DNA of 64,000 nt. Origin: Escherichia phage T4_ev151. This document shows, piece by piece, positions 53,801 through 61,565 of the stretch. Made by a program: the position numbers and the translations under genes. Under the pieces are notes generated by a model, which had not been told where the DNA came from, did not search any database, and saw only the letters and a list, made by a program, of their open reading frames with translations. The stretch lies in sequence record LR597660, one strand, 5' to 3'. How positions within the stretch are numbered: the first letter of the stretch is position 1; every line of letters begins with the position of its first letter.

Positions 53801-54194
53801 TCATTTAGTCCAACAGAGCGATGCCTATTCCACATTTGTTCGAGATGTTTATGTCCGTTCTGATATTCGTGTTAAAAAAGACCTTGTTAAATTTGAAAAT
53901 GCTTCTGAGAAGCTTTCCAAAATTAACGGTTACACTTATATGCAGAAGCGAGGCCTAGATGAAGAAGGCAATCAGAAATGGGAACCTAACGCCGGTTTAA
54001 TTGCTCAAGAAGTTCAAGCTATTTTACCAGAATTAGTTGAAGGTGACCCTGATGGCGAAGCTTTACTTCGTTTGAACTATAACGGTATAATTGGTTTAAA
54101 TACAGCTGCAATCAATGAGCATACTGCAGAAATTGCAGAACTTAAATCAGAAATCGAAGAACTTAAAGCATTAGTTAAATCATTGTTAAAATAA
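50862..54194 (+). CDS. 37: long tail fibre distal subunit gp37 with C-terminal intramolecular-chaperone-like domain
   Basis: 1110 aa versus 1026 aa recalled for T4; the C-terminal ~111 aa begin SDIRVKKDL and end in a coiled coil ([22 protein letters not shown]). Confidence 0.88.
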   Translation: MATLKQIQFKRSKTAGARPAASVLAEGELAINLKDRVLFTKDDQGNIIDLGFAKGGSIDGNVIHTGNYNQTGDYILNGVFTQTGNFNLTGIARVTRDIIAAGQIMTEGGELITKSSGTAHVRFFDNNSRERGIIYAPANDGLTTQVLNIRVQDYAAGSESTYAFSGSGLFTSPEVSAWKSISSPQILTNKVITNNKSTGDYDIYSMADNVPLSESTTAINHLRVMRNAVGSGIFHEVKDNDGITWYAGDGLDTYLWSFTWSGGIKSSHSISIGLTPGNKDYSILGPSSIALGDNDTGFKWHQDGYYFSVNNGTKTFLFSPSETTSLRKFVAGYSTNGTDLTTPPTENYALATVVTYHDNNAFGDGQTLLGYYQGGNYHHYFRGKGTTNINTHGGLLVTPGNIDVIGGSVNIDGRNNASTLMFRGNTTGSSSVDNMTISVWGNTFTNPSEGTRKNVMEISDATSWMSYIQRTTAGKVESVINGTQIVNENLTVVKNATFDGTISAAGEIATNAVNGLRIWNADYGAIFRRSEGSLHIIPTAYGEGKYGDIGPLRPFSMALDTGKVTIPDLQSSYNTFAANGYIKFVGHGAGAGGYDIQYVQAAPIFQEIDDDAVSKYYPIVKQKFLNGKSVWSLGTEINSGTLVIHHLKEDGSQGHTSRFNQDGTVNFPDNVQVGGGEATIARNGNIFSDIWKSFTSAGDTTNIRDAIATRVAKEGDTMTGKLIIRRDSDAINLAAPSATDASYLLSTGGGENQWYIGKGGADNTVSFYNYKTNGAVQINSIGEIALIPQGAATFNFNRDRLHINGTQWTAHQAGDWGNQWRQEAPIFVDFGSVGNDSYYPIIKGKSVITNEGYVSGVDFGMRRIPNNWAQAIIRVGNQENASDPQAIFEFHYNGNMYVPDMVKAGVRISAGGGDPVWTGACVVIGDNDTGLVHGGDGRINMVANGMHIASWSSAYHLHEGLWDTTGALWTEQGRAIISFGHLVQQSDAYSTFVRDVYVRSDIRVKKDLVKFENASEKLSKINGYTYMQKRGLDEEGNQKWEPNAGLIAQEVQAILPELVEGDPDGEALLRLNYNGIIGLNTAAINEHTAEIAELKSEIEELKALVKSLLK
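53859..54191 (+). other. putative auto-cleaved intramolecular chaperone domain of gp37
   Basis: S-D-x-R-x-K motif at residue 1000 (SDIRVKK), resembling the cleavage/catalytic motif of phage fibre and endosialidase chaperone domains; assignment from memory. Confidence 0.55.
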
Positions 54195-54198
54195 TAAG

Positions 54199-54214
54199 AG
54201 GGGCTTCGGCCCCT
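54199..54214. terminator. stem-loop between genes 37 and 38
   Basis: AGGGGC-TTCG-GCCCCT hairpin immediately after the gene 37 stop and just upstream of the GGAGG SD of gene 38. Confidence 0.45.
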
Positions 54215-54225
54215 TGGAGGTTTAT

Positions 54226-55002
54226 ATGGCAGTAGCAGGACCGTGGATAGGAACTTCTGCATTGGCACAGACTGGAGACCATTGGATGGCAGGAGCAGCC
54301 GCAAGATTAAGAATGGGCGTTCCGTTTTGGATGAGTAATATGATAGGTCGATCTGTTGAAGTAATTCACACGCTTGGAGCAGACCATAACTTCAATGGTC
54401 AATGGTTCCGAGATAGATGTTTTGAGGCAGGTAGTGCACCTATAGTGTTTAATATCACTGGAGATTTAGTATCATATTCTAAAGATGTTCCTTTATTCTT
54501 CATGTATGGAGATACACCGAATGAATATGTTCAGTTGAATATACACGGCGTAACGATGTATGGACGTGGCGGTAATGGCGGTAGCAATAGTCCTGGCTCA
54601 GCTGGAGGTCATTGTATTCAAAACGATATTGGTGGGAGACTAAGAATCAATAATGGCGGAGCTATTGCAGGCGGCGGTGGCGGCGGTGGCGGCGGATATT
54701 ATTCTCCTTTTTCACAAATGAGATTGACCTTTGGTGGTGGTGGCGGTCGTCCTTTTGGTGCGCCAGGCGGATCTATTGATATGCAATCAGGCGCAACTGC
54801 TGGTACTATTTCTGCGCCTGGCGCAGGGTCTGTGAACGGTATCTATAATGGCGGGAATGGTGGTGAAGTTGGCTCCGCAGGAGGTAGATGCAATATTCGC
54901 GGTCAAGGATCTGAATATAATGGCGGCGATGCTGGTTATGCTGTTATAGGGTCTGCTCCAACGTGGATAAATGTTGGAGCAATATATGGTCCAAGAGTAT
55001 AA
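54226..55002 (+). CDS. 38: T2/T6-type tail-fibre adhesin gp38 with glycine-rich motifs
   Basis: Track starts at TTG 54214; ATG at 54226 follows GGAGG; 258 aa with glycine-rich segments ([61 protein letters not shown]) separated by variable segments. Confidence 0.8.
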   Translation: MAVAGPWIGTSALAQTGDHWMAGAAARLRMGVPFWMSNMIGRSVEVIHTLGADHNFNGQWFRDRCFEAGSAPIVFNITGDLVSYSKDVPLFFMYGDTPNEYVQLNIHGVTMYGRGGNGGSNSPGSAGGHCIQNDIGGRLRINNGGAIAGGGGGGGGGYYSPFSQMRLTFGGGGGRPFGAPGGSIDMQSGATAGTISAPGAGSVNGIYNGGNGGEVGSAGGRCNIRGQGSEYNGGDAGYAVIGSAPTWINVGAIYGPRV

Positions 55003-55032
55003 TTTGAATAAATATCCTTAAAAGGAGGGTCT

Positions 55033-55689
55033 ATGGCAGCACCTAGAATATCATTTTCGCCCTCTGATATTCTATTTGGTGTTCTAGATCGCTTGTTCAA
55101 AGATAACGCTACCGGGAAAGTTCTTGCTTCCCGGGTAGCTGTCGTAATTCTTTTATTTATGATGGCGATTGTTTGGTATAGGGGAGATAGTTTCTTTGAG
55201 TACTATAAGCAATCAAAGTATGAAACATACAGTGAAATTATTGAAAAGGAAAGAAATGCACGCTTTGAATCTGTCGCCCTGGAACAACTCCAGATAGTTC
55301 ATATATCATCTGAGGCAGACTTTAGTGCGGTGTATTCTTTCCGCCCTAAAAACTTAAACTATTTTGTTGATATTATAGCATATGAAGGAAAATTACCTTC
55401 AACAATAAGTGAAAAATCACTTGGAGGATATCCTGTTGATAAAACTATGGATGAATATGCAGTTCATTTAAATGGACGTCATTATTATTCCAACTCAAAA
55501 TTTGCTTTTTTACCAACTAAAAAGCCTACTCCCGAAATAAACTACATGTACAGTTGTCCATATTTTAATTTGGATAATATCTATGCTGGAACGATAACCA
55601 TGTACTGGTATAGAAATGATCATATAAGTAATGACCGCCTTGAATCAATATGTGCTCAGGCGGCCAGAATATTAGGAAGGGCTAAATAA
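55033..55689 (+). CDS. t: holin / lysis-inhibition sensor T
   Basis: 218 aa MAAPRISFSPSDILFGVLDRLFKDNATGKVLASRVAVVILLFMMAIVWYR...; single TM segment and large periplasmic domain; matches recalled T4 T. Confidence 0.93.
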   Translation: MAAPRISFSPSDILFGVLDRLFKDNATGKVLASRVAVVILLFMMAIVWYRGDSFFEYYKQSKYETYSEIIEKERNARFESVALEQLQIVHISSEADFSAVYSFRPKNLNYFVDIIAYEGKLPSTISEKSLGGYPVDKTMDEYAVHLNGRHYYSNSKFAFLPTKKPTPEINYMYSCPYFNLDNIYAGTITMYWYRNDHISNDRLESICAQAARILGRAK

Positions 55690-55962
55690 TTATTTGTTCG
55701 TATACATCTCTAGATATCGATATACACCCTCAAAACCCTCGTTGAATTCGTCGATGAGGGTTTTCTTATCTTCTTGGGTTAATTCAGAAACAATTTTACG
55801 GAATGAATTCTGATTTAACTTTCTACCTTCATGCGTTACTCCAATCTCATTCAGAAATGCAATAAAATTAGCACGATTCTCAACAATATCTTCTCTGGAA
55901 AATTTAATCAAAATAGACGCAACAGTAATAATTTCACGAACTGTATCAATATTTTTATTCAT
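55690..55962 (-). CDS. asiA: anti-sigma-70 factor AsiA
   Basis: 90 aa MNKNIDTVREIITVASILIKFSREDIVENRANFIAFLNEIGVTHEGRKLNQNSFRKIVSELTQEDKKTLIDEFNEGFEGVYRYLEMYTNK matches recalled T4 AsiA. Confidence 0.95.
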   Translation of the reverse strand: MNKNIDTVREIITVASILIKFSREDIVENRANFIAFLNEIGVTHEGRKLNQNSFRKIVSELTQEDKKTLIDEFNEGFEGVYRYLEMYTNK

Positions 55963-55968
55963 TAACTA

Positions 55969-56127
55969 TACCACTCAATTAGTTGACTTTGTTATAATAT
56001 CATCAGACGCTTGATTTGTAAACTGGTCTGTGGTATTTTCTTCAAAAATTTTTTCTACGAATTCCTTGAACGACTTACGTTCCTGAGCTACATTATGCTC
56101 GATTACTTTTTCAAGATTATGACTCAT
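55969..56127 (-). CDS. possible 52-aa ORF between arn and asiA
   Basis: Hand-found; ATG overlaps the arn stop (ATGA); MSHNLEKVIEHNVAQERKSFKEFVEKIFEENTTDQFTNQASDDIITKSTN. Confidence 0.4.
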
Positions 56128-56402
56128 TCGAAATAATCTTCAATTTCATAATCAAGAACATAAATCATTATAGTTTTTAATACATCATCAATACTTTTTC
56201 CAGGAGCTGGAATTACGTAAAAATATCCTGCTTTTGAGAGGTCTTTATAAGTTCCAACCAAGAAATCATTATTCTCAAGATGCAGTTCTTCAACTAATTC
56301 ATTAACAATTGAGTGGTATAAATTTGGTAGAAACTTATATAGCTTTTCTAGAATATCAATTTTGATTGTGTATTGAACCACAGACTGAGAATCAATAATC
56401 AT
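56124..56402 (-). CDS. arn: anti-restriction nuclease (Arn) candidate
   Basis: 92 aa acidic protein at the T4 arn position and with the T4 Arn length; assignment by position and size. Confidence 0.65.
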   Translation of the reverse strand: MIIDSQSVVQYTIKIDILEKLYKFLPNLYHSIVNELVEELHLENNDFLVGTYKDLSKAGYFYVIPAPGKSIDDVLKTIMIYVLDYEIEDYFE

Positions 56403-56568
56403 AGACCTTCCCCTTATGTTTCTGTTTGCGATTAGATTCTTTAAACGCTTTCTTCTTATCTTTGTGGACAGAAGCTTTATTAAAATTATGTTTTGCGACT
56501 AAATTGTTCATAGTGCTGAATTACCTCTCTCAAACATTTGCATGTGAATGAAAACTTTTTAATATTCA

Positions 56569-57030
56569 TTAGTAAAGGTCCTCAGAGTAAAGTTCTTTTT
56601 CATTACCACCACGTTCAATACGTACTTGTCCAGCGTAAGTTGCAATAATCATTGCTTCTTCACGTGTCCAATAATTACTATATTGGTCAATAAACCCTTG
56701 GTCATCATCACAAACTTGTTGAGTAACTAATTGAGGTTTAACTACATCTAAAACTTCTGCCATATCTTTAGAATAATGACGAGCACCTGGAATAATAAGA
56801 GTTTGTCCATCTTTTAATTTAAAACGGTTGGCTGCACAGACAATTCGTCGTTGATACTTTTGGTTTTCATCCCAATACGCAGTCTGCCAACAGATTTCAG
56901 GAACTTCTTTCAGAATATCTTCTTCTGCGCATTTATAACCATGCGCTTTAAATTTTTCAACAAGACTTTCTGGAGTTTCACGAGATAAAGGAACATTCAG
57001 CATTTTTAAACGATTAATAAATGGGTTCAT
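56569..57030 (-). CDS. hypothetical protein
   Basis: 153 aa; ATG verified; no recognised motifs; region corresponds to the arn.x/motA.1 block in T4 but with different ORF sizes. Confidence 0.6.
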   Translation of the reverse strand: MNPFINRLKMLNVPLSRETPESLVEKFKAHGYKCAEEDILKEVPEICWQTAYWDENQKYQRRIVCAANRFKLKDGQTLIIPGARHYSKDMAEVLDVVKPQLVTQQVCDDDQGFIDQYSNYWTREEAMIIATYAGQVRIERGGNEKELYSEDLY

Positions 57031-57356
57031 TTAAACCATCCTTTAATACGTTGCCACAAAGTTTTCTGCTGAGCTTTGTTAACACCAATTGAACGAATAA
57101 CCGGTTGAGATTCCTGGAATTCTTTATAATCGGCAAGGTAAATTTCGTAAGCTGCATCCGTAAATGAACTTATCGCTGCCATAAAATTATTGCGAATACC
57201 TACTGGAGCATCTTTACTTTCACGAATAATCATGTATTTACCAGTCTTAATCTTTACGATAGTTCCAAGATAAGCTCCATGGTACCAGATGTCCCACCCC
57301 TCTTGAGTGGGTTCTGCACAACGACGAAGTTCATTGACAATTTCTAACTTGTTCAT
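57027..57356 (-). CDS. hypothetical protein
   Basis: 109 aa; ATG verified; ATGA overlap with the downstream ORF. Confidence 0.6.
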   Translation of the reverse strand: MNKLEIVNELRRCAEPTQEGWDIWYHGAYLGTIVKIKTGKYMIIRESKDAPVGIRNNFMAAISSFTDAAYEIYLADYKEFQESQPVIRSIGVNKAQQKTLWQRIKGWFK

Positions 57357-57366
57357 TATTTATTCC

Positions 57367-58002
57367 TCACAGTTCAGATGCTACAGTGATTACAGCTTCA
57401 ATGTTTTCTGCCGAGCGTTTAATGTCAAGATACACATTACCGTTTTTAGCGATTTTACATGACATTCCGATGTCAGTAAATTTCTGAATATGATGTTCCA
57501 TCATTTTGTATCCAAAAATTCGCATATTTCCATTGTTGTTAATTTCAAAATTACGAATTCCGTGAGTGCGTTTTTCTAAAATAGCGAGATAGTTACTGCG
57601 GTAAGTTTCAACCTTTTTAAGAACAAATCCATTTTCATCTAAAAGTTTTAACATGAGGTCTTTATCTTCTTCCATATCAGAAGTAATCTCACGAGCTTTA
57701 CGAGTTGCTCGTTTTTTCAGTAGTTCCGGAGCATTTTCCTGTGCATATAAAGTTGCTGCATTTGAAATAATATCCTGAGCTTCACCAGTAATGATTAATC
57801 CATCACCAGATTTCTCCACCAGGCCTTTTTTAATCAATACCCCAATATTACTATTAACTACTGCGTTACCTAAATCTGGATGCACCTCACGAACTTCTGC
57901 AGCTGTAATGAAATCTTTCTTAGCAATAGTAATTAAAATCGCAGCAGTTTTTTCATTCAGAACATCGTTAGAAGCTTTGATGATGTAAGTTACTTTAGAC
58001 AT
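57367..58002 (-). CDS. motA: middle-transcription activator MotA
   Basis: 211 aa MSKVTYIIKASNDVLNEKTAAILITIAKKDFITAAEVREVHPDLGNAV... matches recalled T4 MotA. Confidence 0.92.
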   Translation of the reverse strand: MSKVTYIIKASNDVLNEKTAAILITIAKKDFITAAEVREVHPDLGNAVVNSNIGVLIKKGLVEKSGDGLIITGEAQDIISNAATLYAQENAPELLKKRATRKAREITSDMEEDKDLMLKLLDENGFVLKKVETYRSNYLAILEKRTHGIRNFEINNNGNMRIFGYKMMEHHIQKFTDIGMSCKIAKNGNVYLDIKRSAENIEAVITVASEL

Positions 58003-58043
58003 TTTCTAATCTCCGTAATTCTGTATCAGTAGTTGATAGTTGT

Positions 58044-58073
58044 ATAGTACCACAGTATGCTTTGGTTGTAAAC
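58044..58073 (-). promoter_or_regulatory. early promoter (GTTTAC, 18 nt, TGGTACTAT) upstream of motA
   Basis: - strand GGTTTACAACCAAAGCATACTGTGGTACTATACAAC. Confidence 0.55.
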
Positions 58074-58097
58074 CGTTTTGTGAAAAAATTTTAAAAT

Positions 58098-58123
58098 AAA
58101 AAAGGGAGAGCCGAGGCTCTCCC
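58098..58123 (-). terminator. terminator downstream of the gene 52 operon
   Basis: GGGAGAGCC / GGCTCTCCC stem followed on the - strand by TTTTTTATTTT. Confidence 0.65.
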
Positions 58124-58128
58124 TAAAA

Positions 58129-58278
58129 TTACTGCATGACTGTGATAACTGTCATGATAACACGTTGAATTCCGAACGCAAGAAGACCTCCTGCTACGGC
58201 TGGAACAACGCCTAAACCCGCCAGTAAAATGCTACCAGATACTAATGCAGCGCTTGTAATACCAATGAATGGACTCAT
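58129..58278 (-). CDS. 49-aa hydrophobic micro-protein
   Basis: Hand-translated MSPFIGITSAALVSGSILLAGLGVVPAVAGGLLAFGIQRVIMTVITVMQ; ATG overlaps the gene 52 stop (ATGA); followed by the terminator. Confidence 0.45.
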   Translation of the reverse strand: MSPFIGITSAALVSGSILLAGLGVVPAVAGGLLAFGIQRVIMTVITVMQ

Positions 58279-59603
58279 TTTATTTCCTCTAAATCTTTGG
58301 TGTATTCTGTAACTACATCAGTAGTTTTCCAATATTCGTTTTCTTCTTTTTTAGCTTTAGCTTCTTCAGCAAGTTTCTTTGCTTCATCGGAAGTCATATG
58401 AAAAATATTCATTCCAACCAGTTTATCAACATAAGAAGAATACATATCGATTTTCGAAAGTTCTTCGGTCAGTTCTTTACGAGTTTTACCTTGTACAACA
58501 ATTTCACCTGAAATTACTTTCTTAATGAAATGTGCCTTGGCAAAGGCTAAACGAAAAGCTGATTCAGTTTCTTTAATTTTGTTATCAATTCGTTTTTGAA
58601 CATAAGTTTTACGAACTTCAACAAAGTCTTTAATTAAATCAACTACGTTATCGTAAACTTGTAGTTTTCCTTTCTCATTAATAACCGTAATATTCTGAGA
58701 ACGACGCTCAATCAACCCGAAGTCTTTCATAATTTTTGCATGACGTTCTTCTTCATTATCGCTCAAAGAATATTCTTTGCGGAATTTAACTTTGAATCCA
58801 AAACCGTGCTCACCGCAAGCATCATCCCATGTAATGAAGCCTTTATCTTCAAGTGGGTCTAAGATTTTACTCACGTAAGTTTCACGATCATACTTATACG
58901 GAATCTCAGTGATATGCATTTGAGTTCGTGAAGTAAACTTATATGTTCCACGAATTTCATACTGCCCATCAATTTCAACAACTTCACCACGAAATTCTGG
59001 GAATTCTACCTTCGGTTTAGTTACTTTCTTTCCTTGAAGAGCTTGCAGTACAGCTTTCCTGACAGAAGAAACACTATGAGGAAGAATGTAAGTTGCATAA
59101 CCAGTTGCAATACCGGAAACACCATTAAGAAGAACAGTAGGAATAATAGGCAAATAGAAAGCAGGCGGAATGTGTTCTTTATCTTGATGTACCGGAGCAT
59201 ATTCAGTATCTTTATATACGTTATAGAAATTTTTACTTACACGAGCAAAAATATAACGACTTGCCGCTGCTTTTTGAACGGTACGAGAACCAAAGTTTCC
59301 TTGACCATCTAACAAAGGAAAGTTATTATTCCAAGTGTTAGCCATCAAAGCTCCCGCATCTTGCGCAGAGTTTTCACCATGATGATATCCAAGGTCCGCT
59401 ACACCACCTGCAATAGAAGCGAGTTTGTGAAACTTATCTTTATTCCCTCGTGCCAAATCAAGAGCTCGAGCAATAACAAATCGTTGAACTGGCTTAAATC
59501 CATCAATCATATTTGGAATAGCACGATTTTCAACCGTGTACATAGCATAAGCCAATGCTTCATTATCAATGATACTTTTTAAATCGCGATTATTCAGTTG
59601 CAT
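58275..59603 (-). CDS. 52: DNA topoisomerase II medium subunit gp52
   Basis: 442 aa (T4 gp52 length); topoisomerase A-subunit-like N-terminal region (..PNMIDGFKPVQRF..). Confidence 0.92.
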   Translation of the reverse strand: MQLNNRDLKSIIDNEALAYAMYTVENRAIPNMIDGFKPVQRFVIARALDLARGNKDKFHKLASIAGGVADLGYHHGENSAQDAGALMANTWNNNFPLLDGQGNFGSRTVQKAAASRYIFARVSKNFYNVYKDTEYAPVHQDKEHIPPAFYLPIIPTVLLNGVSGIATGYATYILPHSVSSVRKAVLQALQGKKVTKPKVEFPEFRGEVVEIDGQYEIRGTYKFTSRTQMHITEIPYKYDRETYVSKILDPLEDKGFITWDDACGEHGFGFKVKFRKEYSLSDNEEERHAKIMKDFGLIERRSQNITVINEKGKLQVYDNVVDLIKDFVEVRKTYVQKRIDNKIKETESAFRLAFAKAHFIKKVISGEIVVQGKTRKELTEELSKIDMYSSYVDKLVGMNIFHMTSDEAKKLAEEAKAKKEENEYWKTTDVVTEYTKDLEEIK

Positions 59604-59740
59604 AAATTTACCATACTAGTGAATGTAGTGCCATAATAACATCAGAAATGAAAAGCACGACTTGAATTAATCCGAACATTACTCCATAATATAGTGCTAC
59701 CAATAAAGTAGCAAGGGCTAATGAATAGCCCAAGATTTTC

Positions 59741-59899
59741 TTAATCATTAGTAGATAACAACACAAATGTTAAATATGCACACATACCCTGGGCTAAAGC
59801 CTGCGAAAACACACTGCTAGCATCGATACAGATAGTTAAAACACATGCTACTATCCAACAAATAAATGAAATAACTCCTAATAATTTTGCAATATTCAT
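59741..59899 (-). CDS. 52-aa membrane micro-protein (T4 ac/52.1-like)
   Basis: Track starts at TTG; ATG at 59899 with GAGGAG SD; MNIAKLLGVISFICWIVACVLTICIDASSVFSQALAQGMCAYLTFVLLSTND. Confidence 0.5.
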   Translation of the reverse strand: MNIAKLLGVISFICWIVACVLTICIDASSVFSQALAQGMCAYLTFVLLSTND

Positions 59900-59909
59900 A
59901 ATATTCTCC

Positions 59910-60065
59910 TCAACTATTTTTAGAACCAATGTACGCGAATAATGATAAAATCGCTAATACGCCCTGAGCTGATGCTTGCAAAAATACTGAAGTTTCTCCA
60001 GTTATTACCGTTCCGGCGAATAAAAAGGACCAACAGAAAAAAGTTATACCATAAACAAGTTTCAT
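59910..60065 (-). CDS. 51-aa membrane micro-protein, paralogue of the preceding ORF (T4 ac-like)
   Basis: Hand-translated MKLVYGITFFCWSFLFAGTVITGETSVFLQASAQGVLAILSLFAYIGSKNS; shares the ...SVF.QA.AQG... core with the downstream ORF. Confidence 0.5.
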   Translation of the reverse strand: MKLVYGITFFCWSFLFAGTVITGETSVFLQASAQGVLAILSLFAYIGSKNS

Positions 60066-60072
60066 ATTTTCC

Positions 60073-60153
60073 TCACTGGCGTCCGAAGACGCCTTTAGTT
60101 TTAAGATTGTTACGATAGAACTGCATCACATGTTCGTTATGGAAATTACTCAT
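60073..60153 (-). CDS. stp: Stp peptide (anticodon-nuclease PrrC activator)
   Basis: Hand-translated 26 aa [26 protein letters not shown] matches recalled T4 Stp; ATG overlaps the ndd stop (TAATG). Confidence 0.85.
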
Positions 60154-60608
60154 TAATATGCCTGCAAAACAAATTTAAAGTTATCAGCCAACATACGGTT
60201 CATTTCTTCAAGTGTTTGATACTCAGAATGATGATTACGAGTAAATGCCAAAGCTAACTGACCTTTACCAAATCCTGTCGTCAGAGGTTTCATCTTAGAA
60301 GCAGGCAGATAAAACACTGTATATGGAACATTGTTATTTGCAATAGTACGCGCAAGCTGAGACCGGCGTTGACGAATATGACTTAAAACCGCACTGAATC
60401 CTTGCTTAGAACGCTGATTACCTACATAAAATCGTGCAGATACGCATGGACTACTAAATGGACCACCGAGTTTACTCACTAAAAAGTAAAATCCAGGTTT
60501 AGACAAAATGTCTTTATGCGGGGTTCCCAAAAACCATTCACCACCCTTAATTGTACCAATAACGGTAGCGCCTGCATTGTTCAGATCAGTAACAGTCATA
60601 TATTTCAT
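60153..60608 (-). CDS. ndd: nucleoid disruption protein Ndd
   Basis: Track starts at GTG 60656; ATG at 60608 gives 151 aa [52 protein letters not shown]... Confidence 0.9.
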
Positions 60609-60668
60609 ATTAATTTCCTCTAAATTATTTTCTACTCCATGGCCGCATGAATACACACGGCCATTAAA

Positions 60669-60884
60669 TTAATCGTCGCAGTCGACGCTCAATTCCCAAA
60701 ACTCTTCTACAGTATAAGTTTCAGTATCATTTTCAATACAGAAACGTTCATTACTGTTATTTGCTAAAGTAGCATTAACTGTCATTTTCTCGCTGGTGCT
60801 CTTAAGAGGTGAAATACGAATTAACTGATCACCGTTATCTAAACAAAAAATTTCACCAACTTTTACATCTTTAAAACTTTTCAT
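60669..60884 (-). CDS. hypothetical protein (ndd.1 position)
   Basis: 71 aa; ATG with GAGG SD. Confidence 0.55.
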   Translation of the reverse strand: MKSFKDVKVGEIFCLDNGDQLIRISPLKSTSEKMTVNATLANNSNERFCIENDTETYTVEEFWELSVDCDD

Positions 60885-60892
60885 AATTCACC

Positions 60893-61003
60893 TCAAGGAG
60901 TATAAAATCCAAATGCAGTTGTTGACCATCCCATCCAATATGGGAAATTTGCACCAATGTAAAACATAAGAATATAAAACCAACCACTCAGCAAATTCAT
61001 CAT
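60893..61003 (-). CDS. 36-aa hydrophobic micro-protein
   Basis: Hand-translated MMNLLSGWFYILMFYIGANFPYWMGWSTTAFGFYTP; ATG overlaps the upstream stop (ATGA). Confidence 0.4.
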   Translation of the reverse strand: MMNLLSGWFYILMFYIGANFPYWMGWSTTAFGFYTP

Positions 61004-61197
61004 TTTACACCATTCCAAATTGTTTCAACTACGGATTTTAAACCATTCTGATGAATATCCATTCCGACTACCGCCATCAAATAGATTCCAACTACAACTG
61101 AACCTAAGGCAAAAATCAGCATGAAAATGAATAAAGCCGGAAAAATATTATCGAAAAACCATTCAATAAATGTAAAAGCACTGCGTTTACGCTTCAT
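61000..61197 (-). CDS. 65-aa membrane protein
   Basis: Track starts at TTG; ATG at 61197 with GAGGAA SD; MKRKRSAFTFIEWFFDNIFPALFIFMLIFALGSVVVGIYLMAVVGMD... Confidence 0.5.
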   Translation of the reverse strand: MKRKRSAFTFIEWFFDNIFPALFIFMLIFALGSVVVGIYLMAVVGMDIHQNGLKSVVETIWNGVK

Positions 61198-61204
61198 ATT
61201 TTCC

Positions 61205-61318
61205 TCACATAAATCCAAAGTAAACGTTTAATACATCAATCATTAAAACGATTGGGAATATACTCAAAACTATTAGTATTATAACTACATTCCATATAGC
61301 TTTAACAATCTTTTTCAT
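61205..61318 (-). CDS. 37-aa membrane micro-protein
   Basis: ATG at 61318 preceded by GGAGGA; MKKIVKAIWNVVIILIVLSIFPIVLMIDVLNVYFGFM; the longer track ORF (to 61453) would run through a promoter. Confidence 0.45.
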   Translation of the reverse strand: MKKIVKAIWNVVIILIVLSIFPIVLMIDVLNVYFGFM

Positions 61319-61346
61319 TTTGTGTTCCTCCGTAGTTGATAGGGTA

Positions 61347-61376
61347 ATAGTACCACGGAGGAACAGTCTTGTAAAC
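61347..61376 (-). promoter_or_regulatory. early promoter (GTTTAC, 18 nt, TGGTACTAT) with inverted repeat reaching the downstream SD
   Basis: - strand GTTTACAAGACTGTTCCTCCGTGGTACTATTAC; 9-bp arms TTCCTCCGT (61324-61332) and ACGGAGGAA (61356-61364). Confidence 0.5.
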
Positions 61377-61383
61377 AACTTTT

Positions 61384-61482
61384 TTAAAAATATTCGTAAT
61401 AAATGTGAATACCAACTACTACCGCTGAAACCTGTGCAACCCACCATGCACACGCAATAAGTACAGAATTCAAAATTTTCAT
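61384..61482 (-). CDS. 32-aa hydrophobic micro-protein
   Basis: Hand-translated MKILNSVLIACAWWVAQVSAVVVGIHIYYEYF; GAGG SD; ATG overlaps the upstream stop (ATGA). Confidence 0.4.
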   Translation of the reverse strand: MKILNSVLIACAWWVAQVSAVVVGIHIYYEYF

Positions 61483-61565
61483 AATAACCTCATCACAAAA
61501 GTAAATGTTAAACAAATTACTGGAATACTAATTAACCAAACAAAACACCACCATAATGAACTCAT
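61479..61565 (-). CDS. 28-aa hydrophobic micro-protein
   Basis: Hand-translated MSSLWWCFVWLISIPVICLTFTFVMRLL; ATG overlaps the upstream stop (ATGA). Confidence 0.4.
   Translation of the reverse strand: MSSLWWCFVWLISIPVICLTFTFVMRLL

Noticed and set aside
56395-56511. Possible 39-aa basic ORF overlapping the arn start
   Set aside because: Hand-found ATG with only a distant GAGG; overlaps the arn start in another frame; too weak to list as a feature.
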